Positions 1 to 12,216 of a stretch of DNA of 64,000 bases are shown piece after piece. The stretch covers positions 28,148,001 through 28,212,000 of the forward strand of contig OX597834.1 in assembly GCA_951406725.2 (NCBI GenBank), read 5' to 3'. Each line of letters starts with the position of its first letter. Position 1 is the first letter of the stretch. The position numbers and the translations under genes are program-made. The stretch comes from Octopus vulgaris (Eukaryota). The notes beneath the pieces are model-generated. The model saw nothing but the letters and a program-made list of their open reading frames with translations. It ran no database searches and was not told where the DNA came from.

Positions 1-176
1 TGACAACCGATGCTGGTGTGTTTACGTCCCCTGTCACTTAGCGGTTCGGCAAAAGAGACGATAGAATAAGTACTGGGCTTACAAAGAATAAGTCCCGGGG
101 TCGATTTGCTCGACTAAAGGCAGTGCTCCAGCATGGCCGCAGTCAAATGACTGAAACAAGTAAAAGAGTGAAGAGT
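1..176 (+). mobile_element. SINE-A 3' half
   Basis: Nearly identical to 14256-14432, with a GTAAAAGA-type tail. Confidence 0.85.
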
Positions 177-447
177 GTAAGTCTGTCCTAAAAGCCCATG
201 CTTGTTTTCAACTAGCCTTTGTTTCACACACTCTGAGCTAAAATAAAGCTTTCTTTTCATAACTCCTTAGTTACTCTGGCGGTTTGGAAAAAACCCAGGT
301 ATTTGTATCATATATAATGCATGGATACTAAGGAAATGTTTACAGACTTTAAGTTGGCCCTCGTTTCCAGGGTTAATATAAAGCTTTCCTTTCCTATGTC
401 TGAAGTTACTCTGGTGGTTGGAAAAAATTAGGTATGTGTATCATATA

Positions 448-849
448 CTAGCAGCATAGCCCGGCGTTGCCCGGGTATGTAAGAGCCCCTAGTAGGCAAC
501 GACTAATCCCAATCTAGTTCTTTCCCTCCAGGGAACGAAGGCACATGTGTAGGTTGCAATGTCTTCTCTTCACTCGAATACTTCTATGTATACGATGTTC
601 CTAGCTGTCTCCCGACAGAAAATGTGTTGCATATAAAAAGCTTAGATTCTAGACCCCATGTCGAATTTACCGATTTTTTTCAGAACTGGGGGAACTTTTC
701 AAAATTTTTGCTGCGTTAGTTTTGAATTATGACATTGGGCTATGTGTGTGTCAAGTTTCATCAGAATCGGTTGAAAGCCGTGGTCAGGGTGAGGGTACAA
801 CCTGACAGCCACACAGACAGACAAACTGCCATTTACATATATATAGAGA
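448..849 (-). mobile_element. Complete non-autonomous Helitron-like element
   Basis: Minus strand starts A|TC (TCTCTATATATATG) and ends CTAG|T. Subterminal GC hairpin CCCGGGCAACGCCGGG at 460-475. No TSD. Confidence 0.8.
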
Positions 850-1360
850 TGATATACGGATGCCAGGAGAATGTGTCCTGTTGTAGTACATCTGACACAC
901 AGAATAGGCAAGGGGTTAACAAACTAAATTTGCAAGACTTTTAGACATAACGAATATATATATAAAAAATAAGATGTTACAAGAATTAGAAAAAAGAAAA
1001 TTTAATTATTAAAATATGAAAAAATGAAATAGTTAAAAAAAAAACAGTTAACAAAATTAATGTTTTGACAAATAATATAATTAGTTCATTGAATAATTAT
1101 ATAAACTTAAGATTAAAATTTCAAGTTGAAATACTTTTTAGTGATTTTTTGGTTAATTTTACTGTTAATTATATTTTAGAGTTTCTAATGGTTTATTTAG
1201 ATTTTAATTTTATTATTTTAAACTTTTAAAAGTAAGCAACAAAATCAGGTTAACGAACCAGATTGAAATAAAAACCCAAAGAGTGTTTCAATAAATGGTA
1301 GAATTCTTAAGAATTCACTGAAGAATCATTTGTGTTTTTGATTTCTTACAAAGACTAAGA

Positions 1361-1403
<43 letters not shown>

Positions 1404-1439
1404 ACGTGCACGCGTGCATACTAAAATCACAAGGTCCAC

Positions 1440-1620
1440 CGGATTGGACATGTAAGGTTTAACAGACAACAGGTTGGCCTGTGTAATTGCCAAGTGGTAT
1501 CCAAGAGATTGGAAGAGACCATTTAGAAGAGCTCCAGTACGGGGGTGGGGGGGGCTGATATAGTTAAACGATTTAGACCAAGATTGAAAAGAGGGGCAAA
1601 TCAAGAAAGAATTAGAAACA
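1440..1620 (+). mobile_element. Degenerate RTE LINE C-terminal remnant
   Basis: Frameshifted IGHV.../TDNRLACVIAKWYPRDWKRPFRRAPVR, resembling the RTE C-terminus GHV.R.TDNRW...W.PR..KR..GRP..RW. Confidence 0.6.
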
Positions 1621-2129
1621 CATATTGATCAGCAGTGAATAAAAACTTCTGATCATCATCATTGTTCGACCGTGGTCGAGACTTTCATAGTCTTTTCAAA
1701 TGGCTAATAATGTGTGCGCGCGCCACTACTACACAGATTGGAAAGCATTGTACAACCAAGTACTATAGAAGATCTTTCCTCCTCCATGAAACAAAGCTGT
1801 TCCCACTGGATGTCAACCCAGTATTTCTAAGCTACGGACCCAGTGATTTATTGTAAGGTTATCTCCCTAGACAGATTGCCTTCACTACGGCTAAGGAGCC
1901 CTTTCTACCCCATAGCCTGATAGCCTGGTCAATACAAGTGATGTACTATTTATATATGTGTGTATATATAAATATGGATTTCAGTAAAGTATAAGGTTTC
2001 TACATTAAGCATAAGATGAGCAATTTTGAGGGAAAACAGTGAATAACATTAACCCAATGATATGATGTTTATCTCGAAACCGCGAGTCCGCTGCCCTAAC
2101 CGTTGTGTGGGGCCATTGTGCCCCCCACA

Positions 2130-2450
2130 CATCAAGAGGTGCCAATCTCTAATTGTGGAGGAAACATGTGGAAGGTGTACACCCAGGAAGACGTGTCATG
2201 AAGTGGTGAGAAAAGGATCTTCAGGCATTGGGAATCACAGAGGGGGGTGACAGGGGATCGAGACTCCTGTGTAATAGTAGCACCTAGTATACTCTGTCGA
2301 GTGGTTGGCATTAGGATGAGCATCCAGCTGCAGAAACCATACCAAAACAGATAATTGGAGCCTCAGCAGCGCTTCAGCTGGTCAGATCCTGTCAAACCGT
2401 CCAACCCATGACAGCATGGAAAACAGGCGTTAAACAATGAGGACGATGAC
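2130..2450 (+). mobile_element. Old RTE LINE 3' fragment
   Basis: IKRCQSLIVEETCGRCTPRKTCHEVVRK aligns with VKKCHTLAVEGTCGRGRLRKTWDEVVKH at about 57245 and is followed by the same 3' tail. Confidence 0.75.
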
Positions 2451-2877
2451 GTACAAATGTACATACATACAAAGCCAGATATTAAATCTAATGACATGAC
2501 CGCAAACATGTACACATATGCAATCATACACACACACACACACACACACACACCACTGTATCCAATATACATTAATAACTAAACATCTAATTATCTAATT
2601 AACTCCACAGAACTATTCCTGTCATCATAAAACTAGACATACATAATTATATATTTTATAATAATATAACTACACACACATACACATACATGTGCAACAA
2701 TGCCCCCAAATGTATTACACACATACACACAAACATTTAAGTATGCAGGAATCTAATTAACAAACACGCGCACACAAACTCGTAAACAACTATACAAGAA
2801 ATTTACTGCACACACACACACACAGAAACTGAAAGAAGCCAATCGTATATATACTCTTTACTCTCTTTTACTTGTTT

Positions 2878-3196
2878 CAGTGGCACGTAAAAAGCACCAT
2901 CTGATCGTGGCCATTGCCAGCCATGCCTGGCCCCCGTGCCAGTGGCACATAAAAGGCACCATCCAATCGTGGCCATTTGCCAGACTCGTCTGGCACCTGT
3001 GCCAGTGGCACGTAAAAAGCACCCACTACACTCATGGAGTGGTTGGCGTTAGGAAGGGCATCCAGCCGTAGAAACATTGCCAGATCAAACTGGGCCTGGT
3101 GCAGCCTTCTGGCTTCCCAGACTCCCAGTTGAACCGTCCAACCCATGCTAGCATGGAAAGCGGACGCTAAACGATGATGATGATGATGATGATGAT
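2878..3196 (+). mobile_element. RTE LINE 3'-UTR fragment
   Basis: Same sequence as 57601-57981: GGCACGTAAAAAGCACC subrepeats, GGTTGGCGTTAGGAAGGGCATCC and a (GAT)n tail. Confidence 0.8.
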
Positions 3197-3635
3197 ATAT
3201 ATATATATATATATCCAGTAATATAACTATACATATACATACACACTACTACGTATCCAGATATATAACTACACACATGCACAACTGTATATCTAATAAT
3301 GTAACTAAAACAAACACACATACCTGTGAACAACTAAGCCTTTGTATCAAGTTCGAGACAAACAAACTAGCACACTACAGATAGGTTTAGCATTAAGAAG
3401 AATCCATAGCGAGAGGGAAGAGACAGACACCCACAGAGATACCATATCTGAAGACAGAACTGAGAGCTTATTTTCATGATGTTTAGAAATGGTGTGTGGC
3501 CTGGAAAGGCAGGGTGTATGGCCTACAGTTTGTGTTTAACCTATAAAGTTGTTGACTCTTTTTTTTGAGGCCTTATTAGAGTATTATATATTGCATTATA
3601 CATCCATCAATTAAGCAGCATTTATCATCATTGTC

Positions 3636-4424
3636 AAGGCGGCAAGCTCGCAGAAGCGTTTGCAAGCCGGGCGAAATGCGTAGCCATATTTCGTCTGCCG
3701 TTACGTTCTGGGTTCAAATTCCGCTGAGGTCGACTTTGCCTTTCATCCTTTCGGGGGTCGATAAATTAAAGTACCAGTTATGCACTGGGGTCGATGTAAT
3801 CGACTTAATCCGTTTGTCTGTCCTTGTTTGTCCCCACTGTGTTTAGCCCCTTGTGGGTAGTAAAGAAATAGTATTTCGTCTGCCGTTACGTTCTGGGTTC
3901 AAATTCCGCTGAGGTCGACTTTGCCTTTCATCCTTTCGGGGTCAATAAATTAAAGTACCAGTTACGCACTGGGGTTGATGTAATCGACTTAATCCATTTG
4001 TCTGTCCTTGTTTGTCCCATCTGTGTTTAGGCCCTTGTGGGTAGTAAAGAAATAATATTTTGTCTGCCGTTACGTTCTGGGTTCAAATTCCGCTGAGGTC
4101 GACTTTGCCTTTCATCCTTTCGGGGTCGATAAATTAAAGTACCAGTTACGCACTGGGGTCGATGTAATTGACTTAATCCGTTTGTCTGTCCTTGTTTGTC
4201 CCCTCTATGTTTAGCCCCTTGTGGATAGTAAAGAAATAGTATTTTGTCTGTCGTTACGTTCTGGGTTCAAATTCTGCTGAGGTCGACTTTGCCTTTCATC
4301 CTTTCGGGGTCGATAAATTAAAGTACCAGTTACGCACTGTGGGTCGATGTAATTGACTTAATCCGTTTGTCTGTCCTTGTTTGTCCCCTCTATGTTTAGC
4401 CCCTTGGGGGTAGTAAAGAAAAAA
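3636..4424 (+). mobile_element. SINE-B (tRNA-derived, Meta/MESC-like core): head plus 4 tandem units of about 184 bp
   Basis: A-box-like head, B box GGTTCAAATTC, core GACTTTGCCTTTCATCCTTTCGGGGTCGATAAA. Units start near 3687, 3872, 4056 and 4240. TSD ATTTATC(A/C)TCATTGTC at 3620-3635 and 4425-4440. Confidence 0.9.
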
Positions 4425-5334
4425 ATTTATCCTCATTGTCTTAACATCTACTTTTCCATGTTTGCATGGATCAGATGAGATTTAATAAGGCAGAGTTTTA
4501 ATGGCCAGATTCCATTTCTGCTGTCAACCCTCATCTGTTTCCATGCACGAGGGAGAGCTGAAAAGTTCCTGGCTTTGAGGGTATCACCAAGGCATCAACC
4601 TTCTGAGTTCTTCTACAGGGCTTAGAAAACACGAAGGACCACTGCAATGGTCTACCAGATCCACTCACAAGGTTTTGGTTAGTCCAGTGCTACAGTAGAG
4701 ACTGACCCAAAGTGGCCACTCAGTGGAGACTGAACCTGAAACCATGAGGTTAGGAAGCAAACTTTCTAATCACAGGGCCACACTGATGCACCCAAATTAT
4801 TAAAGGCATCACAAAAGTATTATCATGTATTCAAAACGGCCCCTACACAAAACGGACCCTTCTCCTTGCAAGAAAATATTGGTTTTAACATAAAGACAGG
4901 TGGAAAAAAACCACTAAGCATTTTGCTTCATGTGCTTATGATTCTACCAGCTCTCTACCTTAATGTACAAAAAAATGTATACACATAGTGGTTCGGCAAA
5001 AGAGAACGATAGAATAAGTACTAGGCTTACAAAGAATAACAAATTTACAATTATTTAAGGTGTGTATACATTTTTTGGGGACACCCTGTATTTTGGTTTC
5101 GAATTTGGCACAAGGCCAGTAAGTTCAGGAAAGGAGGCAAGTCACTTGCATCAACCCAAGTATTTCACTGGTACTTGTTTTATCGACCCCGAAAGGATGT
5201 CAGGCAAAGACAACCTCGATGGAATTTGAACTCTGAACATAGTGACAGATGAAATACTGCTAAACATTTTGTCCAGCACAGTAATAATTATGCCAGCTTG
5301 CTGCCTTATTTGGCAGCAATATTAACCACTTTAA

Positions 5335-5557
5335 CCCTTTAGTGTTCACATTATTCTGCCAAAATTAATCCTTTTTTTATCCAAATTGTTTTGAACTAAT
5401 CATGCATTATCTTGAAGCTATGAGATTTTGATGAGGTAGCTGTTAATTTTTAAAATGATATTGTAGGGTTGGTGTGAGAGACCAGATCGGGTCAGTTTGA
5501 ACATAAAACAGGCAGAATACTTTCGGCCTAGATATGGCCGGTTTAAATGCTAAAGGG
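5335..5557. mobile_element. piggyBac-type MITE
   Basis: TTAA|CCCTTTAG...CTAAAGGG|TTAA. Other copies at about 10962-11308, 18293-18507, 43945-44165 and 53472-53664. Confidence 0.85.
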
Positions 5558-5901
5558 TTAAAAGAAAAAAAAATGCCCCATTTAGTTAACAAACTAAAAA
5601 AATTGAGACTTCTGGGTACATAAAAACAACTAAAATTTTTCTTACATAATGGGTGCAAGGGGGGAGAAAAAAAAGAGGGAGTTAACACCCAGCCACCTAT
5701 CCCCTACCCATGCACACACAAGAATTGTTCAACATAAGGTTAAAACTAAAGTAATTACCAGAGTTATAGAGTGTGTTGTTGTTTGTTTTTGTTCTCTTTC
5801 TCTTCTTCATCCATTTACCGACTTAAATTATTCGCCCTCCTAACCCCACCCAATTCTAAAGCCAGTTTTTAGCTGTATAACACATACAGATACATATTCT
5901 G

Positions 5902-5959
<58 letters not shown>

Positions 5960-6049
5960 GTATATATATATACACACACACTGACATGCATGCACACTTA
6001 AATACACACACACACACACACACACACACTGACATGCATGGACACTTAA

Positions 6050-6082
<33 letters not shown>

Positions 6083-8506
6083 AACAAAAAAAGGAAGGGA
6101 AAAAGCACAAGACCCTACTAACATTCCTCAGAGGTCAGTGTTGGTACTTTTGGGAGAAAAAAATTAGGGGAACAATCCCCATCCCGCCTCACCCTCAACA
6201 CCCAACCCACCTTCCACAGTTCTGCCAAGAATGGCCCCCATAGAACAAAATTGCAATAATGCTACAAAAAAAAAAAAAAAAAAAATTTTCACAGAGAAGC
6301 AAGCCATTTCTACTGCCACCAGAATTCTTTAATCTCTAAGCCAGCATCACAAAACTCTTCTCAGATCGACTTCTCTCTCTCTCTCTCTCTCTCACGTGGT
6401 TGTCAAAGACATTATCAAACATTAAAAACACCACAAATAATAATAATAATAATGATAGTTTGTGATTTCTCTCAGTCAGCTCACACACCAGGATTCAGTA
6501 AAATGAACCCCCGCCCCTCCCCCACTTACATAATTTACTGTGATCTATGGTTTATCTTGTATTGCAACTGTGGGAATTAATAACTACAAATGAATAAATA
6601 AGTTTTATATATATATATATTACACATACATACACACACAAATGTCTATATATATATATACACACACACATACAAGTAATCAACAGTCTTCTTATCAGTG
6701 AGGTGTATATATATATACTTATATACATACACATGTGTATACACACATACATCCATTATACAACTATATATAAGATACATATATATATATATATATACAC
6801 ACATAAATTATATGTATTATATAATTATATATAAATTATACACAGACACACATGTGTGTGTGTTATATGTCTTCAAAATCTCTTATCAGTAATAAGAAAA
6901 CTGCCAATAGCAATCTTCCGTTATATAAGTCACTAACTGATCTGCCTAGTACAGAGAACAAATTAGAGAATTCACACTAACCATTCTATCACAGATATAA
7001 ATGTGTGCTGTCTACTTTTCGTCTAACATTTCTAAACTGAGCTCTGCGCCTTGCCTAGTTTCATTTTATCTCCACTGAAGCTACAACGAAAATTACTCAT
7101 CTCCTTCCTCTCCACAGGGTCCATTAGCCATCCCACTCCATAGCCCCTGGCCAAACCTAAGTATTTAGCTTTGTTCCTTAATGTTAAAATACAAAACCTT
7201 AATTAAGGACCAAATCTGCCCTTCATCTCTCCACTATTACTTAAACAAAATACCAAACATTTCTTGCCCAAAGAAAATAATTGACCTTTGTAGCAATGTA
7301 AGAAATATATAGAGCGCTATATAGAGAGTGCAGGAGTGGGGAAGGGAACCTGTTGAGGGTCGTAGATAAAATTGTAAGTACTTAGGAACCTGAGAGAGAA
7401 GGATGGTGGTGGTGCATCTCATCTAATTGAAAAAAATTAACAAATTTTTAATTATATAAATTCTATAGGTATAGGCATTACTATGTGATGAAAAAGTCTG
7501 CTTCCAAACATTTGTTTTTGGGTTCAGTTCCTCATGTAGTATCTTTGGTGTCTTCTACTTGGACCAAGGTTGACCAATGACCTCTGATTGAAATTGGTTG
7601 ATGGGAGCTTTGCAGGAAACCCTCGTGTGCATGTCTGTCTGTGTGTGCATGTTTATCTTCATGTGTCTATATGCTAAAACTAGTTGAAAAACAGTGCTCT
7701 GTGCTTCTATCCAGCGAACTAGCAGTTCAACAGTTATCAATAAGGTCAAGAACTAGATTTAAAACTAAGTTCTTGGACCAATATGATCAACAACAAAATT
7801 AATAATTTACTAATTATATACTATTTATTATTTAGTACTTAGTATTTATTTTAGGAAATTGTTTTATCGTATCTTTAATTTTTTTCTATATGGTATGTTT
7901 TAGTATATCATAGTTGAATGGCTTAATTGTGGTTCTTCTCTAATTTATATACATATATTATATATTGTGAAATTTGACTTAGAATCACTAAACTGAATTT
8001 TTCCCTGTAAGTTTGGAATCATATTCCCTAATATTATTATTATTATTATTAAGACAAGGAAGAAGATGAAGATTGAACCATATTGCATGTAACTGATTAT
8101 AAGTGATAAATCCCTAAATAATTTTTTTGATTTATGCATGGTATGTCTTTATAAAATACAAGTCTCATAGTGTGGATAACCAGGAATTCTTATTGAGGGC
8201 TACTCAAGGAATTAACACTAGGATTTTACTTAACTCAAACTTACGATATACATATATACATATTTATATATATATATTAATATAGATATATATTTGCTTA
8301 TTGGGGAAAATGTTTAATCTCTACAGGTTCATGTGCCACAGAACCTTATTAAATGTCTGTATATCTAATAAAATTTAACTAGTGACCGAATTTATTGAAG
8401 CACCCTTCCATATATATATATACATATATATAATATGGATATATTTTAAAACAATAACGTCTTGAAACAAATTTTTACGAAGAGATAAAATTGGTACAAC
8501 ACTTGC

Positions 8507-8566
8507 CAATGAATTATCTCCCCCTAGTTGATTCACAACACTTGTAGGTGGCGATTGGATGCAAGG
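8507..8566 (-). CDS. Candidate 60-nt cassette exon (PCIQSPPTSVVNQLGGDNSL) of the CTDSP gene with a GC donor
   Basis: Acceptor aataacttgttgtttcggttttcag|CCT and donor TTG|GCAAGT. Exactly 20 open codons, phase 0/0, matching the phase-0 end of exon 20289-20443. Confidence 0.5.
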
Positions 8567-10070
8567 CTGAAAACCGAAACAACAAGTTATTTTTAGGAAA
8601 CAAATTTCAAAGACAGACACAGGGCAACAACAGCAGCAACAACAACAACAGTGACTGGAGCAAACATCAAAATCATTGTTTTACTATCTTATGGAGGACA
8701 TTATGTTGTTTATTTGGTTTTAATTTGGTTTTTAATGAGATCGTTTAAGGGACCCCATTAAAAATGAAGCAAAGAATTTTTTTTTTTTTCATAAATAGGA
8801 AATTTCAAAAGACATCTTGTATTTTAACTGCAGTAAGCTTTTTAAAAAATTAGAGTTAACAGACAAGTTCATAAGGGAACCGGCCTCCCATGTAGTCATC
8901 AGGCTTGCTAGAAATAGCAGTAAAATTTCCTTCAAATATTCAGCTTTTTTTTTTACAACAGATGAAAGATATGCAAGATGCTGCATCTCTAGATAAAATC
9001 TACTGATAAGGACATTGTGATGGTGAAAGTTGAACCACCTTTTATCATAGATTAGCTGGATCAGAGCCAATAAGGTGTTAAAAGAACTGCCGGCTGTTTG
9101 ACTAAGAAAGGCGGCAGAAAGGACAAGAAAGATCTGTGTTCTACATTGCAATGTTACATACTGCCAAAAAGGGTGTTACTTGGTACCAATGCTTGAAATC
9201 ATTTACACCCTTCTAAGGGTTTTCCTTTCTTTTTTTTGTGGGGAGGTAACTTTTTGTTAAGAGACAAGAAGTGCCCATCACTGTTTACAAGGCCTCCAAG
9301 ATTGATAGAAGAGAGAAAAAGAGCAGAAGGTGTCCTTGCAAAGAGGCAACTGACCCTGTCAAAGACACCCTGTAGTGCCAGATGGTGGGGCGTAAAACCA
9401 GGTGATGGATTGAGTCTTCCAATCAATTAATCTACGATAGTTGAACTCAGAATGCAAAGAGCAGAATCACTAAGTCTGCCATCCAAGTAGTCTGCTGTGA
9501 GATTTGAACTCAGATCACAAAGAGCCAGAATAAATACAAGCTGCATTGGCACAAGTCAGTGACCTTCACCCTTGGATAAACATCAGTACTAAGGAGCCGA
9601 GAGACCTGTATGCATGAATAATTGCTGGTGTCCCCTGCAAAATCCAGCCCAGGCCTGGGCAAATGTGCATACATGATCAACATTGACCTACGGAGGTCCT
9701 ACATATATCTAAGGTTAAATAAAACAATAGGTAATAAGTGATCAGTGAAGTGGAACAAAATGCCACGCATCATTTAATTATGGTAGGATGGCAAACTGGC
9801 AGAACCATTAGCACGCTGGGCAAAATGCTTAGCGGCATCTCACTCATCTTTACATTTTAAGTTCAAATTCTGCCAAGGTCCTATTTGCCTTTCATTCTTC
9901 CAGGCTAGATAAAAGTACCAGTTGAGCACTGAGGGCTGATGTGGTGGAATTAAGCCCTCTCCTGAAATTGCTGGCTCTGGGCCAAACTTTGAAGCCAGTT
10001 TTTAGTTATGGCAGCAAACTAGCAGAATCATTGGCACATCAAACAAAATGCTTAGTGGTATTTCTTCTGG

Positions 10071-10301
10071 GCGGCGAGCTGGCAGAAACGTTAGCACGCC
10101 GGGCGAAATGCGTAGCCATATTTCGTCTGCCATTACGTTCTGAGTTCAAATTCTGCCGAGGTTGACTTTGCTTTTCATCCTTTCGGGGTCGATAAATAAA
10201 GTACCAGTTGTGTACTGGGGGTCGATGTAATCGACTTAATCCTTCTGTCTGTCCTTGTTTGTCCCCTCTGTGTTTAGCCTCTTGTGGGTAGTAAAGAAAT
10301 A
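10071..10301 (+). mobile_element. SINE-B monomer nested in an older SINE-B
   Basis: TSD GGTATTTCTTCTGG at 10057-10070 and 10302-10315. Confidence 0.88.
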
Positions 10302-10432
10302 GGTATTTCTTCTGGCTCATTACATTATGAGCTCTAATTTTGCCATGGTTGACTGCCTTTCATCCTTTTGGGGTCAACAAAATAACAGTTGAGCACTGAG
10401 ATTGATCATAATCAACTATCCCCTAACATCAA

Positions 10433-10917
10433 AGTTAGTTAGTTAGTTAGTTAGTTAATTTGGCTCAAAAGTTAGTTAGTTAATTTTAGTTAGTTAGTTA
10501 ATTTTGGCTCAAAAGCAAATAGCAAGGCCATGTAGGGGGACATGGAGTGGTACAGGGTGGTGTTCATGTAAAGAGTTCAGGCCACTTGAGGTCCAGGAAG
10601 GCTTTGAACAAAGCGGTTGTCGGCATCTTCACCATCTCGTCTGGCAGCTTGTTCCACGGATCCGCAACCCGGACGGAGAAAGCTCCTCTCCTTCGATTGA
10701 GATGAAATCGTCGCAGGTAGAGCTTTTCGGAATGACCCCGCAGCCGACGCTCTGGAGCAGGAGTGAAGAACAGCTCTTTCGAGAGGTTACACTTTCCGCT
10801 TATGATGTTGTGGGCGAGAATGAGATCACCACGGCGGCGGCGTTTTTCAAGAGAACAAAGGTCGAGCGTCCTCAGCCTTTCTTCATAGGACAAATTTTTG
10901 AGACCATGAACCATTGC
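10433..10917 (-). mobile_element. CR1-group LINE 3' fragment
   Basis: LKNLSYEERLRTLDLCSLEKRRRRGDLI...RLRGHSEKL...FSVRVADPWNKLP is a typical CR1 ORF2 C-terminus. (TAAC)n tail at 10433-10500. Confidence 0.9.
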
Positions 10918-11351
10918 TAGCCTTGTAACAAAATAAGAATTATTTAGTTATAACTCTTTAACCTTTTGGCATTCAGGTTTTTTTATCAAATGTATTGCTT
11001 ATTTATTCCCGTTGTTTTGAAGTATCACACATTATTTTGTAGCTTCAATATTTCAACGGTCTGTTTGTATATATTTAGAATGACATTGTAGGGTAGGTGT
11101 GAGAGGTTTGATCTAGCCAGTTTTAACATAAAACAAGTGGAAAATTTGGGCCGGATCATCATCTTCATTTAATGTTTGCCATCCAGCTTGTATGAGTTGG
11201 ATGGTTTAATGAGCCAGCTAGGTAGAAGTCCAACCCATGCTATTGTGTTTCTTGCCATGGATTTTATGGTTGTATGTCCTTCCTAACACTAGATTAAATG
11301 GTAAAGGGTTAAGCTCTAGGAAAGGTATGTGGCCTAGTAGTTAGATATCTG

Positions 11352-11523
11352 CCGTTACGTTGTGAGTTCAAATTCCGCCGAGGTCGACTTTGCCTTTCAT
11401 CCTTTCAGGGTCGATAAATTAAGTACCAGTTAAGCACTGGGGTCGATATAATCGACTTAATACCTATGTCTGTCCATGTTTGTCTCCTCTATGTTTAGCC
11501 CCTTGTGGGTAGTAAAGAAATAG
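11352..11523 (+). mobile_element. SINE-B, 5'-truncated
   Basis: TSD GTTAGATATCTG at 11340-11351 and 11524-11535. Confidence 0.85.
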
Positions 11524-12203
11524 GTTAGATATCTGAGCTCTTGATTACAAGATCACAGGTTCCAATTCCTAATTTGGAAGGCATGTTATGTCCTTGGGCA
11601 AGGTACTTTCCTTTACACAGCTCCAGTTCACTCATCAAATGAAAATGAGTCCTTGTGTGTTTCTGAATGGCTAACTCATGTCTTGCACACTGTAATCGCT
11701 TTAGTTTCAGCACACGATCAAAGATCTAAACACTTGTTATGCAAGTACATCCCTGTAATAATATATCATTGATGTAAATTACGTTCGTTAATGACATCGT
11801 TACCACACTGGACAAAATGATTAGCAGTATTTCTTCTACTTTTACATTCTGAGTTTAAATGCAGTCAAGATCTACTTCGCGTTTTGACATTTAGGGGACA
11901 ATGAAATAAGCACTAGTCTAGCACTGGGGTTGATGATATCAATTTATCCTTTCCCCTTCAATTGCTGGCATTGTGCCAAAATGTGAAACTATCATAGTTG
12001 TTGATGATGTTGTTGTTGTTGTTGCTGTTGAGGAGAAAATTTATAATAAAAAAAACACAATATATTATTTGCTAGTTGCATAATTAAAACAAAAATATAA
12101 AAACAAAAATAAGGTAAAGCAAAAAGCATTAAAAATATCCAATGACAGTTGAGAATAATCAAATGAATAATTAATTAATTAATTGATTAATTAATTAAAC
12201 AGC

Positions 12204-12216
12204 AGGTCAAAGGTCA
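12204..12216 (+). promoter_or_regulatory. Perfect DR1 nuclear-receptor element AGGTCA-A-AGGTCA
   Basis: Exact consensus in non-repeat intronic sequence, directly after a TAATTA cluster at about 12168-12198. Confidence 0.4.

Noticed and set aside
3636-4424. CRISPR-like array
   Set aside because: The units are contiguous near-identical 184-bp SINE segments with no unique spacers. The context is eukaryotic and no cas genes are present.
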